Source: Candidatus Omnitrophota bacterium | Lineage (GTDB): Bacteria > Omnitrophota > Gorgyraeia > Duberdicusellales > 4484-171 | Length of the DNA stretch: 42,010 nucleotides | Assembly (NCBI GenBank): GCA_021735105.1 | Contig: JAIPHS010000003.1 | Span: 1 to 42,010 of the forward strand | Direction of reading: 5' to 3' | Part shown: piece by piece, positions 1-7,275 of the stretch | How positions within the stretch are numbered: the stretch's first letter is position 1 | Layout of the letters: every line of letters starts with the position of its first letter | Program-made: the position numbers and the translations under genes | Notes under the pieces: generated by a model | Told to the model about the DNA's origin: nothing | What the model saw: the letters and a program-made list of their open reading frames with translations, nothing else | The model's database searches: none

Positions 1-2
1 AA

Positions 3-1115
3 ATTATTTGGTGTGGGTTTAGCTGGGCGAATTTAGGATATTCTCAATTTAACCATCCTTATTTAATTCAAATTGCTGATATCGGAGGTACAAAATTAAT
101 CAGTTTTACTATAGTTTTGGTTAATTTTTTAATTTGGGAAATAATAACTCTTCATAAAAGTAAAAATGCTAAACAAAAAAGAGCTTATAAAGAAATTCTA
201 AAAAGGTTATTTTTTCTTTTATTTATATTTGCAGTAATAATAACTTATTCATCTTTTCGGCTTAAAGAAAAAGAATCAAGAAAAAAAATAGGTGTTTCAT
301 TAATCCAGCCAAATATTTTAGATAAGCAGCTTCTTAGGCTAAAGGGTAAGGAAGCAATCTTAAAAAGTTTCTCTATTTTAATAGAAAGGACTCCGGAAGA
401 TAATCTTATTATACTTCCTGAAGCAGCTTGGCCTTATCTTTCAGATAAAGGGGATAGTAAGTTAATTGCTAACTTTGTCAAAGAGAACAAAAGGAATATT
501 CTTATTGGAGCAATTACTAGAGAAGGCGCCGCTTACTATAATTCTGCTTTATTTTTCAATAAAAGCGGCAATTTGGTTGAAACCTATAATAAAATTAAAC
601 TAGTTCCTTTTGGTGAGTACGTTCCTTTACGGAAATACCTAAAGTTTATTGAAGTTTTAAATAGTATCGGTGATATTACCCCCGGGGAAGAAAGAAAAAG
701 CTTCTCTTTTCAAGGTAAAACCTTTGCCGCTCTTATTTGTTTTGAAGATATCTTTCCTTACTATGTAGCTGAGGTAGCAAAGAATAAAGATTTTTTATTA
801 AATATTACCGATGATAGTTGGTTTTATGGGCAGCCGGAAGCAGGGCAGCATTTATCAATTATGGTTTTGCGGGCTATAGAAAATAGAATACCCATAGTAA
901 GAGCTGCAAATAGTGGAATTAGCGGATGGGTTTCCCCAGAAGGTTATGTAACTAAATTGAAAAAAGATAAAGATAATTTGTTTGTTAAGGCTCAAGCAAA
1001 TTTTCAAGTTCCGGTTGATAGAAAAAGAAGTTTTTATAATAAAAGAAAAGGATGGTTTGTGATTTTATCTTTTATCTTTTTAACAGTTATATTTTTTAAG
1101 AAGAAAGTTGATTAA
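3..1115 (+). CDS. lnt: Apolipoprotein N-acyltransferase (5' end lies upstream of the window)
   Basis: Frame is open from base 3 (GFSWANLGYSQ...QIADIGG). Nitrilase-fold triad motifs LPEAAWP, YNKIKLVPFGEYVP and ICFEDIF, plus RAIENR. Confidence 0.95.
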   Translation: MIWCGFSWANLGYSQFNHPYLIQIADIGGTKLISFTIVLVNFLIWEIITLHKSKNAKQKRAYKEILKRLFFLLFIFAVIITYSSFRLKEKESRKKIGVSLIQPNILDKQLLRLKGKEAILKSFSILIERTPEDNLIILPEAAWPYLSDKGDSKLIANFVKENKRNILIGAITREGAAYYNSALFFNKSGNLVETYNKIKLVPFGEYVPLRKYLKFIEVLNSIGDITPGEERKSFSFQGKTFAALICFEDIFPYYVAEVAKNKDFLLNITDDSWFYGQPEAGQHLSIMVLRAIENRIPIVRAANSGISGWVSPEGYVTKLKKDKDNLFVKAQANFQVPVDRKRSFYNKRKGWFVILSFIFLTVIFFKKKVD

Positions 1116-1135
1116 ACCAAAAGCTTTGTTATAAT
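1108..1135 (+). promoter_or_regulatory. Putative sigma70 promoter
   Basis: TTGATT-16 bp-TATAAT with extended -10 TG at 1127-1128; ATG at 1145. Confidence 0.55.
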
Positions 1136-1144
1136 TTGTTTCCT

Positions 1145-2086
1145 ATGGATAAAAAAGAAAAAAAGAAATTATTAAGAAGAAAAGTTGGCCTCTGTTTTAT
1201 CAAAAGTTTTACCTTTTTGTCCGGAGTGGTACCTATTGGGGTAAATCTTTTTTTGGGTAAAATTTTAGGATCCTTAGCTTATTTAGTTTTGCCCCGGCAT
1301 CGAAAAATTGCCTTAGACAGCCTTTCGATAGCTTTTCCCAGCTATTCTTTAAGTAAGAGAAAAAAAATTGCTAAGCAATTTTTCGTTTTTATTGCAGAGG
1401 GCGGTTTTGAACTTATCTATTACCTTAATAATATCAAAAAAATACATCAACCGGTTAAGATTGAAGGCAAAGATAATTTAGATCAAGCTTTGGCCAAAGG
1501 CAGGGGTGTAATTTTAGTTACGGCTCACTATGGAAACTTTCCTTTGATGAGCCTGCGTCTTGCAGCAGAAGGATATCCGGTAAACCTGGTGACCAGGCCG
1601 ATGCGGGATAAATACGCAGAGGCCCATTTTCATAAATTAAGAACAGATGCCGGGGTGAAAAATATCTCTGTTTATCCGCGCCGAGCCTGTGTATCGGGAA
1701 TAATTAATGCTTTGGCTAGAAATGAAATAGTGATAATTTTAATGGATCAAAATTTTGGCACCGGTGGAGTTTGGGTAAAGTTTTTTAACAAATTAGCGGC
1801 AACTCCAATTGGGCCGATAATTTTATCTTTACGTACTAAAGCGGCTTTGGTCCCTTCCTATATATATAGGAAGGGAGAAAAAAGACATGGCCTTAAGATA
1901 TTTCCGGAAGAAGATTTAATTTCAGGAAAAGATAAAAATGAAACAATTCTGCTTAATGCAGCTAATTTTACAAAAATTATAGAAAAGTGGATTGAAAAAA
2001 GGCCGGGGCATTGGAGTTGGGTTCACCGGCGCTGGAAATCACGCCCGCCAAAAAATGTAGATGAAAATAAGGTATTTGATAGATAA
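1145..2086 (+). CDS. Lipid A late acyltransferase / lysophospholipid acyltransferase (LpxL/HtrB family)
   Basis: Motifs GVILVTAHYGNF, LMDQ, V.FF and terminal WSWVHRRWKS. ATG 1145 preferred over the track's TTG 1136. Confidence 0.85.
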   Translation: MDKKEKKKLLRRKVGLCFIKSFTFLSGVVPIGVNLFLGKILGSLAYLVLPRHRKIALDSLSIAFPSYSLSKRKKIAKQFFVFIAEGGFELIYYLNNIKKIHQPVKIEGKDNLDQALAKGRGVILVTAHYGNFPLMSLRLAAEGYPVNLVTRPMRDKYAEAHFHKLRTDAGVKNISVYPRRACVSGIINALARNEIVIILMDQNFGTGGVWVKFFNKLAATPIGPIILSLRTKAALVPSYIYRKGEKRHGLKIFPEEDLISGKDKNETILLNAANFTKIIEKWIEKRPGHWSWVHRRWKSRPPKNVDENKVFDR

Positions 2087-2104
2087 TATTCAGTCAAATA
2101 GCTA

Positions 2105-2132
2105 TTGTAAACGTTATTTTTTTTGATAAAAT
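2105..2132 (+). promoter_or_regulatory. Putative sigma70 promoter (probably leaderless)
   Basis: TTGTAA-16 bp-TAAAAT with extended -10 TG at 2124-2125; ATG 2140 lies 8 nt after the -10; no SD. Confidence 0.55.
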
Positions 2133-2139
2133 GATATCA

Positions 2140-4794
2140 ATGAAGAGATTTTTATCTTTTTTAATTATCTTTTTTTGCCTGCCTTCAGTTTTTGCTCTTT
2201 CCGGAGATGCTTATCTGGTTGAAACTGGAGAAAAATGCATTAATCAAGGGTGGTTCCAGCAAGCAAAAGTTGAGTTTGAAAAAGCCCTTCAAATTAATCC
2301 TGACAACAGTAAAGCTAAAGAATATTTAAATCAATTGCGTAAACAAGAAGTTGAAAAAGCTTTGGATAGATATTCAAAAGCAAAACCAGCATCTAAAAGA
2401 AAGACTAGCCAAAAAGTAGTAAAAGGCACAAAGCCGCCCTCTCCTCAAGAACCTATCGTTGAACAACCGGAAGAAAAAGAGTCTAAATTTTCTTTAAAAG
2501 GTGATTATCAATTAAGTTTTGGCGTTGAATCAGGTGAAACTATCTGGAAAAGAGCCAATGCTGATTTAAATGAGGAGAATTGGCGCATTCTTGATAGCAC
2601 TGCTTATAACCGGCGGGAAAACACTTTTGATCCGGCAATTTTTAGTCGTTTGTCATTCCAGCTAGACTATCCCCAAGACCAAGGTTGGGGTTTTCACAGT
2701 AACTTTGATATTAGCCCCTGGAGTTTTATCGGGAAGAGTAATAAAGTTACTATTGATGGTGCAGGAGGGGATAGTGCAGATATCCAATACTTATATTGGT
2801 CCAATAATCGTTATACTGTAAACCAGTCAGTAAATACTAACCTCAATGCAGATTCTTTTAATTTACCGGAGTTAAAAGTAGTTGATGGCAAAACTTCTCA
2901 GGTAAGCATTACAAGTATGAATGGCAATGTTTTTACGATTAAAGAGCAAGAAATTAATCGTGACTTTTGGCCGCTTCGAAAGTTAGAATTTAGCTATAAA
3001 GGCGATCCGCTTAGCTTAAAAATATTTCCGGCTGCCTTAGAAAATGCTGACTATATCTCAGATGACCCGCTTAAAATTACCGGAAACAGAACCTATTGGG
3101 AAGAGTCAGAGTGGATTGTGAATTGGAAACCGGGTAATCTTAATTCCGGGGCAGCTCCGGTAGGGTATTATAAGGGTAAATTTGATGATGCTTTAGCCTA
3201 TTTTACTCGTGATTCTTACGGGACTCGCCTTACTGCTTTGCGCGGTTTTGCATTAAACTACGATTTAGAAGGTATAAATATTGATTTTACCGCAGCTTCT
3301 CCTAAAGAGCTCTGGCAGGATTATGATAGTTTCAACACTTGGTCTTCTGCTTTACGGGCAAAATATTTAAATTTAGACAATATCGTTTTAGGTTTTACCT
3401 ACGGCGGAAAGTTTGGTTACAATAAGAGGTCTTTAGATGTTTTCAATAATGTATTTGGCCTCGATGCAAATATCGGCTTAGGAGATAATACAGAACTTTT
3501 ATTGGAAGGGCTTACCTCTTATACTGAAACTGATAGAACCTCAGACTATGAAACTGAAAAACGGGGCAACGCTTTTCATCTTAGTTTAGTTAACTCTTCC
3601 GGCGGAGTTTTTGGTAAAGATTATTTTGGGGTTAATCCTAAAGGGGATGAATCTTTTTATAAGCTGAGGTTATCTTTAACTCATATGGATCAAGGCTTTG
3701 AAAGCGCTTTAGCCAGTTACCGCCAAACCAGAGATGATGAGTATTGGTCAAGGCATATCACCTTCCGTAAGCCTTTTGAATCTTACCGTATGGGAGGCCT
3801 CTATGGGCCGTCCTTGAGGTGGGATGATATCAAGCCCTTTCGGATTGGAGATGGGATTGATTATGGCAGAGATGTAATTAGTTTAAGAGTTGAGTGGGAA
3901 AATCTTTTTGATAATCGGTTAGATGCTTTATTTGATGTTCGCAATGTCCATGATACCGACGGAAAGTTTCTTGAGAATATTGCCAGGTTAGAAGGTCAAT
4001 TTAGGCTAACCGATAAACTCACTACAAAGTTTTTAGGTATCTATCAAAAGATGCCTAAAACTGTTGCCGGTATTGATCCTTTTATTTTTGACCCTCAAAC
4101 TGATGATTACTATAATAATGATGAGATAGAAGATGGCAAAGACCCCTCTTTAAAGACGGTTGGTTTAGGTGCTAATTATAATTTTTTTAAGTGGCTGAAT
4201 TTAAATTTTAGCTGGGAACATTCTAATGACGTAACTTTAGCTTATGATAATTTTCCCCGTAGTATTTTAAATAGTGTAGATTGGTGGGCTACTACTGCTG
4301 AAGATAATAAAACTTTTTATCAAGAGGTTCATCAAGTTTACAACAACCAATATTTTCCACTACCGCCTTATCCCTATTTTGATATCTTTAAAGTGGGCAT
4401 AGGCTTTAGGCCTACTGACAAGATTAATTTATACCTTGACTATACCCGTAATGAATATTATTGGGCTCAAATTATCGATGAAAATATGAATCATGTTGGG
4501 CTTTCAGCTAGCTATCTTCCTACTGATAAAATTGGTTTTTACCTAAGATATGTATATTCTAAAGTCAATGATTTATCTGAACTAAACGATGATACACGTG
4601 TAGTTAAACGCACACACCATACGGTATTTTCAGAAGTAAGGTTTAGGTTAGAAGAGTCAAGTGAATTGATTGCTCAATACGGTGTTGGCAATACTGGAGG
4701 AATTTTAGAATCAACCTATACTCCTTTTGGAGGAGGAGTACCAACCTTAGACACCCAACATATTTTTAGGGTTTATTACCGGAAAAAGTTTTAA
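2140..4794 (+). CDS. Large outer-membrane beta-barrel-like protein with N-terminal TPR, function unknown
   Basis: Signal peptide MKRFLSFLIIFFCLPSVFA; TPR (FEKALQINPDNSKAKEYL); Pro/Lys linker; alternating aromatic-rich beta strands; C-terminal Phe (RVYYRKKF). Confidence 0.7.
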   Translation: MKRFLSFLIIFFCLPSVFALSGDAYLVETGEKCINQGWFQQAKVEFEKALQINPDNSKAKEYLNQLRKQEVEKALDRYSKAKPASKRKTSQKVVKGTKPPSPQEPIVEQPEEKESKFSLKGDYQLSFGVESGETIWKRANADLNEENWRILDSTAYNRRENTFDPAIFSRLSFQLDYPQDQGWGFHSNFDISPWSFIGKSNKVTIDGAGGDSADIQYLYWSNNRYTVNQSVNTNLNADSFNLPELKVVDGKTSQVSITSMNGNVFTIKEQEINRDFWPLRKLEFSYKGDPLSLKIFPAALENADYISDDPLKITGNRTYWEESEWIVNWKPGNLNSGAAPVGYYKGKFDDALAYFTRDSYGTRLTALRGFALNYDLEGINIDFTAASPKELWQDYDSFNTWSSALRAKYLNLDNIVLGFTYGGKFGYNKRSLDVFNNVFGLDANIGLGDNTELLLEGLTSYTETDRTSDYETEKRGNAFHLSLVNSSGGVFGKDYFGVNPKGDESFYKLRLSLTHMDQGFESALASYRQTRDDEYWSRHITFRKPFESYRMGGLYGPSLRWDDIKPFRIGDGIDYGRDVISLRVEWENLFDNRLDALFDVRNVHDTDGKFLENIARLEGQFRLTDKLTTKFLGIYQKMPKTVAGIDPFIFDPQTDDYYNNDEIEDGKDPSLKTVGLGANYNFFKWLNLNFSWEHSNDVTLAYDNFPRSILNSVDWWATTAEDNKTFYQEVHQVYNNQYFPLPPYPYFDIFKVGIGFRPTDKINLYLDYTRNEYYWAQIIDENMNHVGLSASYLPTDKIGFYLRYVYSKVNDLSELNDDTRVVKRTHHTVFSEVRFRLEESSELIAQYGVGNTGGILESTYTPFGGGVPTLDTQHIFRVYYRKKF

Positions 4795-4822
4795 TATCTT
4801 ATAACTTATTGTAACAAACTTC

Positions 4823-4851
4823 TTTACACTAATTATCAGTAATGATATAAT
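4823..4851 (+). promoter_or_regulatory. Putative sigma70 promoter
   Basis: TTTACA-17 bp-TATAAT with extended -10 TG; SD GGAGG before ATG 4890. Confidence 0.6.
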
Positions 4852-4889
4852 TAAAAAAATAAAGAGAATATAAAAAAGGGGAGGGATTA

Positions 4890-6047
4890 ATGGATAAAAC
4901 AAAAGTTGTTTCTGTAATTTTATTAGTTATCATTTTAGGAGTGGGGTTTGTAGCCTATAATTTTTATGCGCAAAATACGCAATTACAAACAAACAATCAA
5001 GAATTAAAAAATATTAATAACTCTTTAGAGCAGGAAAAAAATAATTTAGAACAAAGATACCAAAAAGAAACTCGAAAAAATAGAGAATTAAACCAAAGGA
5101 TTAGTAGTATAAACCAGCAACTTTCCCAAATAGAAAAAGAAAGAAATGAATTAAAAGGTAAATATCAAGAAGCTGTCCGCCAAAGAGATCAATTAGCAAA
5201 AAAACTTAAAGAAAGGCCGCAAAGTGTTCGTGTGAAAGAAGCCAGTGCCGGTCCAGATAAAAGTGATGGCTATTGGGCGGATTTTATTCAGGAGAAGGCA
5301 GAGTTGGAAGCCCAAGTTGATAGGCTTAAAGATGAAATACTTGATGCTAGAAGTCAAGTTGCTCAATTTAAGAATAAGAATGAAGAGCTAAACCTGGATG
5401 TAAGTGAGGTTAAAAAAGAAAAAGAAAGATTGGAGCAGGAAATTAATACTAAACAAAGAGCTTTGAGAGTTATGAGTATGGATTTGGTAGCTGAGCGCCG
5501 GCAGAGAGGAGGAGCAGTTGATGAAGTTAAAAAGCTCAGGGATGAAACCATCAGCTTAAAAAGAAAGTTAATAATAGCTAACCGGCAAAAAGGTAAGCTT
5601 CAGGATAAGCTTAAAGAAACTTTAGATAAAAAAAATACATTAGAAGAAAAAATGGCCGATGCTGAAAGTGTTCTGCAAGAAAAATCTTTGGCCTTTAAAG
5701 AATTACAAACTGATTTAAGCCAAGCCATGGAAGAAGGCCGAAAGGTAACAGCCGGTGATTCTGGTTCGGTGGAGTTACCGCCTATTGTAGTGAAACCGGA
5801 AACTTCAACTCCAATGGATGTAAGAGGAAAGATTATTGCAGTTAACTCTGAAGAGCAGTTTGTAGTTTTTGATCTTGGTGAAGCTTCCGGAATAAGTCCA
5901 GGTGCTTTACTTAAGGTAATGAGGGGAAATCGGGAAGTTGCAACCTTAGAAGTAATTGAAACCCGAAAGAATATATCGGCAGCAGACATAAAAGATGTTT
6001 TAGGTGGCTTTGATATCCAAGAAGGTGATATCGTAATTAGTAGATAG
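4890..6047 (+). CDS. Membrane-anchored long coiled-coil protein with C-terminal small beta domain (FlgT C-terminal-like)
   Basis: N-terminal TM helix, about 260 aa of E/K/Q/L heptads, then GKIIAVN...FVVFDLG...G.LLKV.RG...VATLEVIET...SAADI. Confidence 0.7.
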   Translation: MDKTKVVSVILLVIILGVGFVAYNFYAQNTQLQTNNQELKNINNSLEQEKNNLEQRYQKETRKNRELNQRISSINQQLSQIEKERNELKGKYQEAVRQRDQLAKKLKERPQSVRVKEASAGPDKSDGYWADFIQEKAELEAQVDRLKDEILDARSQVAQFKNKNEELNLDVSEVKKEKERLEQEINTKQRALRVMSMDLVAERRQRGGAVDEVKKLRDETISLKRKLIIANRQKGKLQDKLKETLDKKNTLEEKMADAESVLQEKSLAFKELQTDLSQAMEEGRKVTAGDSGSVELPPIVVKPETSTPMDVRGKIIAVNSEEQFVVFDLGEASGISPGALLKVMRGNREVATLEVIETRKNISAADIKDVLGGFDIQEGDIVISR

Positions 6048-6053
6048 GTTTTT

Positions 6054-7052
6054 GTGTCTTCATCCAAAGTTACTATTAAAGAAGTAGCAGCTAAAGCTGG
6101 TGTATCAATCGCCACTGTTTCACGTTATATTAATAAATCCATCCGTTTACGTGAACAAAACCGCCGTAAAATTGAAAAAGCCATAGAAGAGTTAAATTAC
6201 CATCCGTTAGTTTATGCCCGTCGGTTAGCCGGAGGAAAATTAAATACTTTTGGTTTAATTATTCCCGGTTATGAAGGTATATTTTATTCTTTTTATGCTT
6301 TAAAAATCATCAGAGAAGTAGCTGCGGCTTTGGATGAAAAAGAGATAGATATGCATCTTAATATATATCGGGATAAAGACATATTTAATTCATCTTTAGT
6401 AGACGGGGTTATTATGGCTGATGTAATTTCTAATAGAGATCAACTCTTAAGATTAAAAAAGGAAGAAGTTCCTCTGGTTGTAATAAACCGGAAAATGCCT
6501 GATCAAGATATAAGCTTTGTAGCTGTGGATAACTATAAAGGCGCTTATGAGGCAACTGAGTTTTTAATTAACCATGGGCATAAAAAAATTGTTCATTTTG
6601 CCGGTGATATCGAAGTTCAGTGTGCTCATCAAAGGGTAGATGGATTTAAAGCGGCCTTGAAAAAAAACGGGATAAAAGAAAAACCAAATTCTATTTGCCT
6701 AACAAATTTTTCTCGAGCTAAAGCCAGAGATGAACTTAATAAATTATTTTTATCTAAAAACATGCCTACTGCTATTTTTTGCTGTAGCGATGAGGTTGCA
6801 AGTGAAGTTTTAAATTTTGCTGATGAGAATTCAATCAAAGTTCCTCAAGATTTAAGTGTAATAGGTTTTGATGATAATCCCAATCTTTCCTACCAGGATC
6901 TTATGTTAACTACTGTACGTCAACCTCTAGATCAAATGGCTAGAGAAGCCGTTAAGGTATTGAGGCAAACTATTGATAAAAAAATACCTCCGCAAAGGGT
7001 GATCTTTAAGCCTAAACTTGTAATTAGAGATACTGTAGGATTCCTAAAATAG
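6054..7052 (+). CDS. LacI-family transcriptional regulator
   Basis: HTH VTIKEVAAKAGVSIATVSR; sugar-binding-fold motifs VDNYKGA, VPQDLSVIGFDD, LTTVRQP. Confidence 0.95.
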   Translation: MSSSKVTIKEVAAKAGVSIATVSRYINKSIRLREQNRRKIEKAIEELNYHPLVYARRLAGGKLNTFGLIIPGYEGIFYSFYALKIIREVAAALDEKEIDMHLNIYRDKDIFNSSLVDGVIMADVISNRDQLLRLKKEEVPLVVINRKMPDQDISFVAVDNYKGAYEATEFLINHGHKKIVHFAGDIEVQCAHQRVDGFKAALKKNGIKEKPNSICLTNFSRAKARDELNKLFLSKNMPTAIFCCSDEVASEVLNFADENSIKVPQDLSVIGFDDNPNLSYQDLMLTTVRQPLDQMAREAVKVLRQTIDKKIPPQRVIFKPKLVIRDTVGFLK

Positions 7053-7083
7053 TTAAAATCTGCTTTTTTAAAAAGAGTATATA

Positions 7084-7131
7084 TTCCTATATATTGTGTA
7101 GCTTTAGAAAAATATATACAATATTTAGTAT
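7084..7131 (+). promoter_or_regulatory. Tandem NrdR boxes
   Basis: TTCCTATATATTGTGT (7084-7099) and ATACAATATTTAGTAT (7116-7131) match the consensus acaCwAtATaTwGtgt, are 32 bp apart, and lie upstream of an RNR gene. Confidence 0.88.
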
Positions 7132-7136
7132 TTTTC

Positions 7137-7165
7137 TTGACATTGTTTTATTTCTGTGATATAAA
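7137..7165 (+). promoter_or_regulatory. Sigma70 promoter of nrdJ
   Basis: TTGACA-17 bp-TATAAA with extended -10 TG. Confidence 0.75.
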
Positions 7166-7168
7166 GTT

Positions 7169-7204
7169 TTTACCCCGTTAGAAATAAAACTCTAACGGGG
7201 TAAA
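7169..7204. repeat. Perfect 14-bp inverted repeat (REP-like hairpin)
   Basis: TTTACCCCGTTAGA-AATAAAAC-TCTAACGGGGTAAA. Confidence 0.85.
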
Positions 7205-7275
7205 CCATTCAGCAAGAAAAAATCTTTAGTTGCTTAACAATATTTTTAAATAAATCAAAGATAAAGGAGGCAGTC

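Noticed and set aside
7197-7240. GGGGTAAACCATTC resembles the start of a c-di-GMP-I riboswitch; a cobalamin riboswitch was also considered
   Set aside because: The downstream GAAA-loop stem and GCAAAGC elements are missing, and no B12 box is present.
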